Positions 1 to 13,084 of a stretch of DNA of 64,000 nucleotides are shown in pieces; positions within the stretch are counted from its first letter, which is position 1, and every line of letters begins with the position of its first letter. The notes beneath the pieces were generated by a model, which had not been told where the DNA came from, searched no databases, and saw only the letters and a list, made by a program, of their open reading frames with translations. The position numbers and the translations under genes are program-made. This DNA is from Auanema rhodensis (lineage: Eukaryota > Animalia > Nematoda), in NCBI GenBank assembly GCA_964057225.1, contig OZ059898.1:14880001-14944000 (forward strand), read 5' to 3'.

Positions 1-36
1 TATGGAAATTGAGAAGAGAAGATGCCAAAAGATGGC

Positions 37-108
37 TTCCCATGCCGGGAATCGAACCCGGGCCGCGTGGGTGAAAACCACGAATCCTAACCACTAGACC
101 ACATGGGA
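37..108 (-). tRNA. tRNA-Glu(TTC): Representative tRNA-Glu(TTC) copy (first in window)
   Basis: 72-nt cloverleaf; TTTT terminator at 27-30 on the minus strand. Confidence 0.97.
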
Positions 109-3100
109 CACGTTAACTGTTCTAATGATACTACTTCTTCTATCATTTACCTGAAGGAAGTGAGTAAACAACAAGGGAAGTAACAACGATGAATCGGCCC
201 CGTATTAACTTCTAACAAAACGATTAAATGCAGAAAAGAGATTTAGAAGAGAGCTGAATTCAAAATATGGAAATTGAGAAGAGAAGATGCCAAAAGATGG
301 CTTCCCATGCCGGGAATCGAACCCGGGCCGCGTGGGTGAAAACCACGAATCCTAACCACTAGACCACATGGGACACGTTAACTGTTCTTATGATACTACT
401 TCTTCTATCATTTACCTCGAGGAAGTGAGTAAGCAACAAGGGAAGTAACAACGATGAATCGGCCCCGTATTAACTTCTAACAAAACGATTAAATGCAGAA
501 AAGAGATTTAGAAGAGAGCTGAATTCAAAATATGGAAATTGAGAAGAGAAGATGCCAAAAGATGGCTTCCCATGCCGGGAATCGAACCCGGGCCGCGTGG
601 GTGAAAACCACGAATCCTAACCACTAGACCACATGGGACACGTTAACTGTTCTTATGATACTACTTCTTCTATCATTTACCTCGAGGAAGTGAGTAAGCA
701 ACAAGGGAAGTAACAACGATGAATCGGACCCGTATTAACTTCTAACAAAACGATTAAATGCAGAAAAGAGATTTAGAAGAGAGCTGAATTCAAAATATGG
801 AAATTGAGAAGAGAAGATGCCAAAAGATGGCTTCCCATGCCGGGAATCGAACCCGGGCCGCGTGGGTGAAAACCACGAATCCTAACCACTAGACCACATG
901 GGACACGTTAACTGTTCTAATGATACTACTTCTTCTATCATTTACCTGAAGGAAGTGAGTAAACAACAAGGGAAGTAACAACGATGAATCGGCCCCGTAT
1001 TAACTTCTAACAAAACGATTAAAAGCAGAAAAGAGATTTAGAAGAGAGCTGAATTCAAAATATGGAAATTGAGAAGAGAAGATGCCAAAAGATGGCTTCC
1101 CATGCCGGGAATCGAACCCGGGCCGCGTGGGTGAAAACCACGAATCCTAACCACTAGACCACATGGGACACGTTAACTGTCCTTATGATACTACTTCTTC
1201 TATCATTTACCTGAAGGAAGTGAGTAAACAACAAGGAAAGTAACAACGATGAATCGGACCCGTATTAACTTCTAACAAAACGATTAAATGCAGAAAAGAG
1301 ATTTAGAAGAGAGCTGAATTCAAAATATGGAAATTGAGAAGAGAAGATGCCAAAAGATGGCTTCCCATGCCGGGAATCGAACCCGGGCCGCGTGGGTGAA
1401 AACCACGAATCCTAACCACTAGACCACATGGGACACGTTAACTGTTCTTATGATACTACTTCTTCTATCATTTACCTCGAGGAAGTGAGTAAGCAACAAG
1501 GGAAGTAACAACGATGAATCGGCCCCGTATTAACTTCTAACAAAACGATTAAATGCAGAAAAGAGATTTAGAAGAGAGCTGAATTCAAAATATGGAAATT
1601 GAGAAGAGAAGATGCCAAAAGATGGCTTCCCATGCCGGGAATCGAACCCGGGCCGCGTGGGTGAAAACCACGAATCCTAACCACTAGACCACATGGGACA
1701 CTTTAACTGTTCTTATGATACTACTTCTTCTATCATTTACCTCAAGGAAGTGAGTAAGCAACAAGGGAAGTAACAACGATGAATCGGCCCCGTATTAACT
1801 TCTAACAAAACGATTAAAAGCAGAAAAGAGATTTAGAAGAGAGTTGATTTCAAAATATGGAAATTCAGAAGAGAAGATGCCAAAAGATGGCTTCCCATGC
1901 CGGGAATCGAACCCGGGCCGCGTGGGTGAAAACCACGAATCCTAACCACTAGACCACATTGGACACGTTAACTGTTCTTATGATACTACTTCTTCTATCA
2001 TTTATCTCGAGGAAGTGAGTAAGCAACAAGGGAAGTAACAACGACGAATCGGCCCCGTATTAACTTCTAACAAAACGATTAAAAGCAGAAAAGAGATTTA
2101 GAAGAGAGTTGATTTCAAAATATGGAAATTCAGAAGAGAAGATGCCAAAAGATGGCTTCCCATGCCGGGAATCGAACCCGGGCCGCGTGGGTGAAAACCA
2201 CGAATCCTAACCACTAGACCACATGGGACACGTTAACTGTTCTAATGATACTACTTCTTCTATCATTTACCTGAAGGAAGTGAGTAAACAACAAGGAAAG
2301 TAACAACGATGAATCGGCCCCGTATTAACTTCTAACAAAACGATTAAAAGCAGAAAAGAGATTTAGAAGAGAGTTGATTTCAAAATATGGAAATTCAGAA
2401 GAGAAGATGCCAAAAGATGGCTTCCCATGCCGGGAATCGAACCCGGGCCGCGTGGGTGAAAACCACGAATCCTAACCACTAGACCACATGGGACACGTTA
2501 ACTGTTCTTATGATACTACTTCTTCTATCATTTACCTCGAGGAAGTGAGTAAGCAACAAGGGAAGTAACAACGATGAATCGGCCCCGTATTAACTTCTCA
2601 CAAAACGATTAAATGCAGAAAAGAGATTTAGAAGAGAGCTGAATTCAAAATATGGAAATTGAGAAGAGAAGATGCCAAAAGATGGCTTCCCATGCCGGGA
2701 ATCGAACCCGGGCCGCGTGGGTGAAAACCACGAATCCTAACCACTAGACCACATGGGACACTTTAACTGTTCTTATGATACTACTTCTTCTATCATTTAC
2801 CTCAAGGAAGTGAGTAAGCAACAAGGGAAGTAACAACGATGAATCGGCCCCGTATTAACTTCTAACAAAACGATTAAAAGCAGAAAAGAGATTTAGAAGA
2901 GAGTTGATTTCAAAATATGGAAATTCAGAAGAGAAGATGCCAAAAGATGGCTTCCCATGCCGGGAATCGAACCCGGGCCGCGTGGGTGAAAACCACGAAT
3001 CCTAACCACTAGACCACATTGGACACGTTAACTGTTCTTATGATACTACTTCTTCTATCATTTATCTCGAGGAAGTGAGTAAGCAACAAGGGAAGTAACA

Positions 3101-6100
3101 ACGATGAATCGGCCCCGTATTAACTTCTAACAAAACGATTAAAAGCAGAAAAGAGATTTAGAAGAGAGCTGAATTCAAAATATGGAAATTGAGAAGAGAA
3201 GATGCCAAAAGATGGCTTCCCATGCCGGGAATCGAACCCGGGCCGCGTGGGTGAAAACCACGAATCCTAACCACTAGACCACATGGGACACTTTAACTGT
3301 TCTTATGATACTACTTCTTCTATCATTTACCTCAAGGAAGTGAGTAAGCAACAAGGGAAGTAACAACGATGAATCGGCCCCGTATTAACTTCTAACAAAA
3401 CGATTAAAAGCAGAAAAGAGATTTAGAAGAGAGTTGATTTCAAAATATGGAAATTCAGAAGAGAAGATGCCAAAAGATGGCTTCCCATGCCGGGAATCGA
3501 ACCCGGGCCGCGTGGGTGAAAACCACGAATCCTAACCACTAGACCACATTGGACACGTTAACTGTTCTTATGATACTACTTCTTCTATCATTTATCTCGA
3601 GGAAGTGAGTAAGCAACAAGGGAAGTAACAACGATGAATCGGCCCCGTATTAACTTCTAACAAAACGATTAAAAGCAGAAAAGAGATTTAGAAGAGAGCT
3701 GAATTCAAAATATGGAAATTGAGAAGAGAAGATGCCAAAAGATGGCTTCCCATGCCGGGAATCGAACCCGGGCCGCGTGGGTGAAAACCACGAATCCTAA
3801 CCACTAGACCACATTGGACACGTTAACTGTTCTTATGATACTACTTCTTCTATCATTTATCTCGAGGAAGTGAGTAAGCAACAAGGGAAGTAACAACGAT
3901 GAATCGGCCCCGTATTAACTTCTAACAAAACGATTAAATGCAGAAAAGAGATTTAGAAGAGAGCTGAATTCAAAATATGGAAATTGAGAAGAGAAGATGC
4001 CAAAAGATGGCTTCCCATGCCGGGAATCGAACCCGGGCCGCGTGGGTGAAAACCACGAATCCTAACCACTAGACCACATGGGACACTTTAACTGTTCTTA
4101 TGATACTACTTCTTCTATCATTTACCTCAAGGAAGTGAGTAAGCAACAAGGGAAGTAACAACGATGAATCGGCCCCGTATTAACTTCTAACAAAACGATT
4201 AAAAGCAGAAAAGAGATTTAGAAGAGAGTTGATTTCAAAATATGGAAATTCAGAAGAGAAGATGCCAAAAGATGGCTTCCCATGCCGGGAATCGAACCCG
4301 GGCCGCGTGGGTGAAAACCACGAATCCTAACCACTAGACCACATGGGACACGTTAACTGTTCTAATGATACTACTTCTTCTATCATTTACCTGAAGGAAG
4401 TGAGTAAACAACAAGGGAAGTAACAACGATGAATCGGCCCCGTATTAACTTCTAACAAAACGATTAAAAGCAGAAAAGAGATTTAGAAGAGAGCTGAATT
4501 CAAAATATGGAAATTGAGAAGAGAAGATGCCAAAAGATGGCTTCCCATGCCGGGAATCGAACCCGGGCCGCGTGGGTGAAAACCACGAATCCTAACCACT
4601 AGACCACATGGGACACGTTAACTGTTCTAATGATACTACTTCTTCTATCATTTACCTGAAGGAAGTGAGTAAACAACAAGGGAAGTAACAACGATGAATC
4701 GGCCCCGTATTAACTTCTAACAAAACGATTAAAAGCAGAAAAGAGATTTAGAAGAGAGCTGAATTCAAAATATGGAAATTGAGAAGAGAAGATGCCAAAA
4801 GATGGCTTCCCATGCCGGGAATCGAACCCGGGCCGCGTGGGTGAAAACCACGAATCCTAACCACTAGACCACATGGGACACGTTAACTGTCCTTATGATA
4901 CTACTTCTTCTATCATTTACCTGAAGGAAGTGAGTAAACAACAAGGAAAGTAACAACGATGAATCGGCCCCGTATTAACTTCTAACAAAACGATTAAATG
5001 CAGAAAAGAGATTTAGAAGAGAGCTGAATTCAAAATATGGAAATTGAGAAGAGAAGATGCCAAAAGATGGCTTCCCATGCCGGGAATCGAACCCGGGCCG
5101 CGTGGGTGAAAACCACGAATCCTAACCACTAGACCACATGGGACACGTTAACTGTTCTTATGATACTACTTCTTCTATCATTTACCTCGAGGAAGTGAGT
5201 AAGCAACAAGGGAAGTAACAACGATGAATCGGCCCCGTATTAACTTCTAACAAAACGATTAAATGCAGAAAAGAGATTTAGAAGAGAGCTGAATTCAAAA
5301 TATGGAAATTCAGAAGAGAAGATGCCAAAAGATGGCTTCCCATGCCGGGAATCGAACCCGGGCCGCGTGGGTGAAAACCACGAATCCTAACCACTAGACC
5401 ACATGGGACACGTTAACTGTCCTTATGATACTACTTCTTCTATCATTTACCTCGAGGAAGTGAGTAAGCAACAAGGGAAGTAACAACGATGAATCGGCCC
5501 CGTATTAACTTCTAACAAAACGATTAAATGCAGAAAAGAGATTTAAAAGAGAGCTGATTTCAAAATATGGAAATTGAGAAGAGAAGATGCCAAAAGATGG
5601 CTTCCCATGCCGGGAATCGAACCCGGGCCGCGTGGGTGAAAACCACGAATCCTAACCACTAGACCACATGGGACACGTTAACTGTTCTTATGATACTACT
5701 TCTTCTATCATTTACCTCGAGGAAGTGAGTAAGCAACAAGGGAAGTAACAACGATGAATCGGCCCCGTATTAACTTCTAACAAAAAGATTAAATGCAGAA
5801 AAGAGATTTAGAAGAGAGCTGAATTCAAAATATGGAAATTGAGAAGAGAAGATGCCAAAAGATGGCTTCCCATGCCGGGAATCGAACCCGGGCCGCGTGG
5901 GTGAAAACCACGAATCCTAACCACTAGACCACATGGGACACGTTAACTGTTCTTATGATACTACTTCTTCTATCATTTACCTCGAGGAAGTGAGTAAGCA
6001 ACAAGGGAAGTAACAACGATGAATCGGCCCCGTATTAACTTCTAACAAAACGATTAAATGCAGAAAAGAGATTTAGAAGAGAGCTGAATTCAAAATACGG

Positions 6101-9100
6101 AAATTGAGAAGAGAAGATGCCAAAAGATGGCTTCCCATGCCGGGAATCGAACCCGGGCCGCGTGGGTGAAAACCACGAATCCTAACCACTAGACCACATG
6201 GCACACTTTAACTGTTCTTATGATACTACTTCTTCTATCATTTACCTCAAGGAAGTGAGTAAGCAACAAGGGAAGTAACAACGATGAATCGGCCCCGTAT
6301 TAACTTCTAACAAAACGATTAAAAGCAGAAAAGAGATTTAGAAGAGAGCTGAATTCAAAATATGGAAATTCAGAAGAGAAGATGCCAAAAAATGGCTTCC
6401 CATGCCGGGAATCGAACCCGGGCCGCGTGGGTGAAAACCACGAATCCTAACCACTAGACCACATGGGACACGTTAACTGTTCTTATGATACTACTTCTTC
6501 TATCATTTACCTCGAGGAAGTGAGTAAGCAACAAGGGAAGTAACAACGATGAATCGGCCCCGTATTAACTTCTAACAAAACGATTAAATGCAGAAAAGAG
6601 ATTTAGAAGAGAGCTGAATTCAAAATATGGAAATTCAGAAGAGAAGATGCCAAAAGATGGCTTCCCATGCCGGGAATCGAACCCGGGCCGCGTGGGTGAA
6701 AACCACGAATCCTAACCACTAGACCACATGGGACACGTTAACTGTCCTTATGATACTACTTCTTCTATCATTTACCTGAAGGAAGTGAGTAAACAACAAG
6801 GAAAGTAACAACGATGAATCGGCCCCGTATTAACTTCTAACAAAACGATTAAATGCAGAAAAGAGATTTAGAAGAGAGCTGAATTCAAAATATGGAAATT
6901 GAGAAGAGAAGATGCCAAAAGATGGCTTCCCATGCCGGGAATCGAACCCGGGCCGCGTGGGTGAAAACCACGAATCCTAACCACTAGACCACATGGGACA
7001 CGTTAACTGTTCTTATGATACTACTTCTTCTATCATTTACCTCGAGGAAGTGAGTAAGCAACAAGGGAAGTAACAACGATGAATCGGCCCCGTATTAACT
7101 TCTAACAAAAAGATTAAATGCAGAAAAGAGATTTAGAAGAGAGCTGAATTCAAAATATGGAAATTGAGAAGAGAAGATGCCAAAAGATGGCTTCCCATGC
7201 CGGGAATCGAACCCGGGCCGCGTGGGTGAAAACCACGAATCCTAACCACTAGACCACATGGGACACGTTAACTGTTCTTATGATACTACTTCTTCTATCA
7301 TTTACCTCGAGGAAGTGAGTAAGCAACAAGGGAAGTAACAACGATGAATCGGCCCCGTATTAACTTCTAACAAAAAGATTAAATGCAGAAAAGAGATTTA
7401 GAAGAGAGCTGAATTCAAAATATGGAAATTGAGAAGAGAAGATGCCAAAAGATGGCTTCCCATGCCGGGAATCGAACCCGGGCCGCGTGGGTGAAAACCA
7501 CGAATCCTAACCACTAGACCACATGGGACACGTTAACTGTTCTTATGATACTACTTCTTCTATCATTTACCTCGAGGAAGTGAGTAAGCAACAAGGGAAG
7601 TAACAACGATGAATCGGCCCCGTATTAACTTCTAACAAAACGATTAAATGCAGAAAAGAGATTTAGAAGAGAGCTGAATTCAAAATACGGAAATTGAGAA
7701 GAGAAGATGCCAAAAGATGGCTTCCCATGCCGGGAATCGAACCCGGGCCGCGTGGGTGAAAACCACGAATCCTAACCACTAGACCACATGGCACACTTTA
7801 ACTGTTCTTATGATACTACTTCTTCTATCATTTACCTCAAGGAAGTGAGTAAGCAACAAGGGAAGTAACAACGATGAATCGGCCCCGTATTAACTTCTAA
7901 CAAAACGATTAAAAGCAGAAAAGAGATTTAGAAGAGAGCTGAATTCAAAATATGGAAATTCAGAAGAGAAGATGCCAAAAAATGGCTTCCCATGCCGGGA
8001 ATCGAACCCGGGCCGCGTGGGTGAAAACCACGAATCCTAACCACTAGACCACATGGGACACGTTAACTGTTCTTATGATACTACTTCTTCTATCATTTAC
8101 CTCGAGGAAGTGAGTAAGCAACAAGGGAAGTAACAACGATGAATCGGCCCCGTATTAACTTCTAACAAAACGATTAAAAGCAGAAAAGAGATTTAGAAGA
8201 GAGCTGAATTCAAAATATGAAAATTCAAAAGAGAAGATGCCAAAAGATGGCTTCCCATGCCGGGAATCGAACCCGGGCCGCGTGGGTGAAAACCACGAAT
8301 CCTAACCACTAGACCACATGGGACACTTTAACTGTTCTTATGATACTACTTCTTCTATCATTTACCTCAAGGAAGTGAGTAAGCAACAAGGGAAGTAACA
8401 ACGATGAATCGGCCCCGTATTAACTTCTAACAAAAAGATTAAATGCAGAAAAGAGATTTAGAAGAGAGCTGAATTCAAAATATGGAAATTGAGAAGAGAA
8501 GATGCCAAAAGATGGCTTCCCATGCCGGGAATCGAACCCGGGCCGCGTGGGTGAAAACCACGAATCCTAACCACTAGACCACATGGGACACGTTAACTGT
8601 TCTTATGATACTACTTCTTCTATCATTTACCTCGAGGAAGTGAGTAAGCAACAAGGGAAGTAACAACGATGAATCAGCCCCGTATTAACTTCTAACAAAA
8701 CGATTAAATGCAGAAAAGAGATTTAGAAGAGAGCTGAATTCAAAATATGGAAATTCAGAAGAGAAGATGCCAAAAGATGGCTTCCCATGCCGGGAATCGA
8801 ACCCGGGCCGCGTGGGTGAAAACCACGAATCCTAACCACTAGACCACATGGGACACGTTAACTGTTCTTATGATACTACTTCTTCTATCATTTACCTCGA
8901 GGAAGTGAGTAAGCAACAAGGGAAGTAACAACGATGAATCGGCCCCGTATTAACTTCTAACAAAACGATTAAATGCAGAAAAGAGATTTAGAAGAGAGCT
9001 GAATTCAAAATATGGAAATTCAGAAGAGAAGATGCCAAAAGATGGCTTCCCATGCCGGGAATCGAACCCGGGCCGCGTGGGTGAAAACCACGAATCCTAA

Positions 9101-11768
9101 CCACTAGACCACATGGGACACGTTAACTGTTCTTATGATACTACTTCTTCTATCATTTACCTCGAGGAAGTGAGTAAGCAACAAGGGAAGTAACAACGAT
9201 GAATCGGCCCCGTATTAACTTCTAACAAAACGATTAAATGCAGAAAAGAGATTTAGAAGAGAGCTGAATTCAAAATATGGAAATTCAGAAGAGAAGATGC
9301 CAAAAGATGGCTTCCCATGCCGGGAATCGAACCCGGGCCGCGTGGGTGAAAACCACGAATCCTAACCACTAGACCACATGGGACACGTTAACTGTCTTTA
9401 TGATACTACTTCTTCTATCATTTACCTGAAGGAAGTGAGTAAACAACAAGGAAAGTAACAACGATGAATCGGCCCCGTATTAACTTCTAACAAAACGATT
9501 AAATGCAGAAAAGAGATTTAAAAGAGAGCTGATTTCAAAATATGGAAATTGAGAAGAGAAGATGCCAAAAGATGGCTTCCCATGCCGGGAATCGAACCCG
9601 GGCCGCGTGGGTGAAAACCACGAATCCTAACCACTAGACCACATGGGACACGTTAACTGTTCTTATGATACTACTTCTTCTATCATTTACCTCGAGGAAG
9701 TGAGTAAGCAACAAGGGAAGTAACAACGATGAATCGGCCCCGTATTAACTTCTAACAAAACGATTAAATGCAGAAAAGAAATTTAGAAGAGAGCTGAATT
9801 CAAAATATGGAAATTCAGAAGAGAAGATGCCAAAAGATGGCTTCCCATGCCGGGAATCGAACCCGGGCCGCGTGGGTGAAAACCACGAATCCTAACCACT
9901 AGACCACATGGGACACGTTAACTGTCCTTATGATACTACTTCTTCTATCATTTACCTGAAGGAAGTGAGTAAACAACAAGGAAAGTAACAACGATGAATC
10001 GGCCCCGTATTAACTTCTAACAAAACGATTAAATGCAGAAAAGAGATTTAGAAGAGAGCTGAATTCAAAATATGGAAATTCAGAAGAGAAGATGCCAAAA
10101 GATGGCTTCCCATGCCGGGAATCGAACCCGGGCCGCGTGGGTGAAAACCACGAATCCTAACCACTAGACCACATGGGACACGTTAACTGTCCTTATGATA
10201 CTACTTCTTCTATCATTTACCTGAAGGAAGTGAGTAAACAACAAGGAAAGTAACAACGATGAATCGGCCCCGTATTAACTTCTAACAAAACGATTAAATG
10301 CAGAAAAGAGATTTAAAAGAGAGCTGATTTCAAAATATGGAAATTGAGAAGAGAAGATGCCAAAAGATGGCTTCCCATGCCGGGAATCGAACCCGGGCCG
10401 CGTGGGTGAAAACCACGAATCCTAACCACTAGACCACATGGGACACGTTAACTGTTCTTATGATACTACTTCTTCTATCATTTACCTCGAGGAAGTGAGT
10501 AAGCAACAAGGGAAGTAACAACGATGAATCGGCCCCGTATTAACTTCTAACAAAACGATTAAATGCAGAAAAGAGATTTAGAAGAGAGCTGAATTCAAAA
10601 TATGGAAATTCAGAAGAGAAGATGCCAAAAGATGGCTTCCCATGCCGGGAATCGAACCCGGGCCGCGTGGGTGAAAACCACGAATCCTAACCACTAGACC
10701 ACATGGGACACGTTAACTGTCCTTATGATACTACTTCTTCTATCATTTACCTGAAGGAAGTGAGTAAACAACAAGGAAAGTAACAACGATGAATCGGCCC
10801 CGTATTAACTTCTAACAAAACGATTAAATGCAGAAAAGAGATTAAGAAGAGAGCTGAATTCAAAATATGGAAATTGAGAAGAGAAGATGCCAAAAGATGG
10901 CTTCCCATGCCGGGAATCGAACCCGGGCCGCGTGGGTGAAAACCACGAATCCTAACCACTAGACCACATGGGACACGTTAACTGTTCTTATGATACTACT
11001 TCTTCTATCATTTACCTCGAGGAAGTGAGTAAGCAACAAGGGAAGTAACAACGATGAATCGGCCCCGTATTAACTTCTAACAAAACGATTAAATGCAGAA
11101 AAGAGATTTAGAAGAGAGCTGAATTCAAAATATGGAAATTGAGAAGAGAAGATGCCAAAAGATGGCTTCCCATGCCGGGAATCGAACCCGAGCCGCGTGG
11201 GTGAAAACCACGAATCCTAACCACTAGACCACATGGGACACTTTAACTGTTCTTATGATACTACTTCTTCTATCATTTACCTCAAGGAAGTGAGTAAGCA
11301 ACAAGGGAAGTAACAACGATGAATCGGCCCCGTATTAACTTCTAACAAAACGATTAAAAGCAGAAAAGAGATTTAGAAGAGAGCTGAATTCAAAATATGG
11401 AAATTGAGAAGAGAAGATGCCAAAAGATGGCTTCCCATGCCGGGAATCGAACCCGGGCCGCGTGGGTGAAAACCACGAATCCTAACCACTAGACCACATG
11501 GGACACGTTAACTGTTCTTATGATACTACTTCTTCTATCATTTACCTCGAGGAAGTGAGTAAGCAACAAGGGAAGTAACAACGATGAATCGGCCCCGTAT
11601 TAACTTCTAACAAAACGATTAAATGCAGAAAAGAGATTTAGAAGAGAGCTGAATTCAAAATATGGAAATTGAGAAGAGAAGATGCCAAAAGATGGCTTCC
11701 CATGCCGGGAATCGAACCCGGGCCGCGTGGGTGAAAACCACGAATCCTAACCACTAGACCACATGGGA
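37..11768 (-). tRNA. tRNA-Glu(TTC): 45 tandem tRNA-Glu(TTC) genes at 37+265k..108+265k (k=0-44)
   Basis: Reverse complement TCCCATGTGGTCTAGTGGTTAGGATTCGTGGTTTTCACCCACGCGGCCCGGGTTCGATTCCCGGCATGGGAA. 7-bp acceptor stem, A box, anticodon arm CGTGG-TTTTCAC-CCACG (TTC), B box GGTTCGATTC, T4-T6 run a few nt downstream. Confidence 0.97.
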
Positions 11769-11866
11769 CACTTTAACTGTTCTTATGATACTACTTCTTC
11801 TATCATTTACCTCAAGGAAGTGAGTAAGCAACAAGGGAAGTAACAACGATGAATCGGCCCCGTATT

Positions 11867-12116
11867 TATGGCGTTATACCACAAGTGTATAGTATGGTTG
11901 GAAGTAAAACACAAAGCGAATATGTAAAAAAGGGTTTATTGATGAATTAACAAGACAAGCACGGAATAAAATCACTGACTGCGAACGTTGAAAATGTAAG
12001 ACTGATCTCTTCTCGTGGGCGGTCGTCAGCCTGAAACAAAGAGTTAGTCATGCCACATGTATAACACAACATGTGGTATGGATAAAAATTACTTAGGAAG
12101 TTAGAAGAAAGAAGAA

Positions 12117-12181
<65 letters not shown>

Positions 12182-12245
12182 AGAAACGAATAAAACAATT
12201 GTTGAAGATAAAAAAATTATACAAACTCACTCGCTTATCGCGACA
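11867..12245 (-). repeat. 3' LTR (379 bp) with (GA)29 microsatellite
   Basis: Identical to 21305-21669 except for GA repeat number. Minus-strand AATAAA at 11935-11940; element-sense termini TGTCGCG...CGCCATA. Confidence 0.96.
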
Positions 12246-12256
12246 CTCCCGGCAAT
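12246..12256 (-). other. Polypurine tract (ATTGCCGGGAG|TGT)
   Basis: Short CGGGAG tract abutting the TGT start of the 3' LTR, the form typical of nematode BEL/Pao elements. Confidence 0.75.
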
Positions 12257-12275
12257 GCGGGAATGAGAAGAAGGC

Positions 12276-12782
12276 CTACAAAGGTCTTTTACGTTTTATA
12301 TCTCCACAAACCACTCCATGATGCGTATCCGCCTTACATCTATAGCAGGATACCTCGCATATCGCTGGATGTTTTTGATTCAAACATCTGATGCATAACC
12401 CCAGTTCATGAAGACGGAGAGTGCGTTCCGGTGAGGAAGGATAAATCGGACAGGCCGCAGTACGGTGCCCATCAGCTGTCGGTTTATTGCAGAATACACA
12501 TGAAGCTTTAGGAGCAGTCTGAATGGTCAAATTGTCTAGTTTCAGATTTAACGAATGTTGAATATTGTCCAGTCGTTCGGATAGATGGTTCACCGCGCTA
12601 GCTAGGTGCTCGTAGAGCCTCTTTTCAAGCACAATTAGTTGCCTCAGATTGGCAGCAGTGTTAGGTAGATGGGAATATTTTTTGAGCTCTTCCTCAAAGG
12701 AAGCATTCTCAATTATATTCGAGACAATATCTTCCATTTTCATGGAATATAGGAAAGACATGAGCTGCATCCTTATATACAT
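12276..12782 (-). CDS. Accessory ORF2 of the retroelement: putative coiled-coil plus three Gag-like Cys/His zinc knuckles, basic C-terminus (~168 aa)
   Basis: CVFCNKPTADGHRTAAC, CIRCLNQKHPAIC and CYRCKADTHHGVVC parallel the element's own Gag knuckles; ends KRKRPL. First ATG at 12782; same strand as the polyprotein. Confidence 0.85.
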   Translation of the reverse strand: MYIRMQLMSFLYSMKMEDIVSNIIENASFEEELKKYSHLPNTAANLRQLIVLEKRLYEHLASAVNHLSERLDNIQHSLNLKLDNLTIQTAPKASCVFCNKPTADGHRTAACPIYPSSPERTLRLHELGLCIRCLNQKHPAICEVSCYRCKADTHHGVVCGDIKRKRPL

Positions 12783-13084
12783 GTTCACATCTGGACTTTA
12801 AACGCTGATTATCATCTATTAGTTCATTGTACAATGGTGTGTTTAGGTTATCTTGTTACAGATACAATGAATTTTAGAGCCTGTACAAAAGGTTATGTGT
12901 TATGTAACTGAGTTGGATAAAAGAAACTTGATACTACCATAAATTGAAAAGAAAGAAAAACTATGATATTGTTTTATTACAATGGTTATATTCGTACATA
13001 ATGCTTTCTTTTTCTTTTGTTTCATTATTATTTCAATTTTTAATTTTAAATTTTATCTCCACAAGAAATTCTTCTCTTATGCTT

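Larger units (their letters stand above)
1..11866 (-). repeat. 265-bp tandem array, left arm (45 tRNA-bearing units; continues beyond window start)
   Basis: Unit start (consensus TATGGAAATT) recurs at 1, 266, 531 ... 11661 (=1+265x44) with no indels; only scattered SNPs between units. Confidence 0.99.

Noticed and set aside
10747-10959. 70-aa ORF in the array
   Set aside because: Translation of tRNA plus spacer, opened by a single SNP (ATTAAG near 10844).
11947-12198. LSLSLS ORFs here and at 21385-21654, 37206-37496 and 43662-44108
   Set aside because: Artefacts of (GA/CT)n microsatellites.
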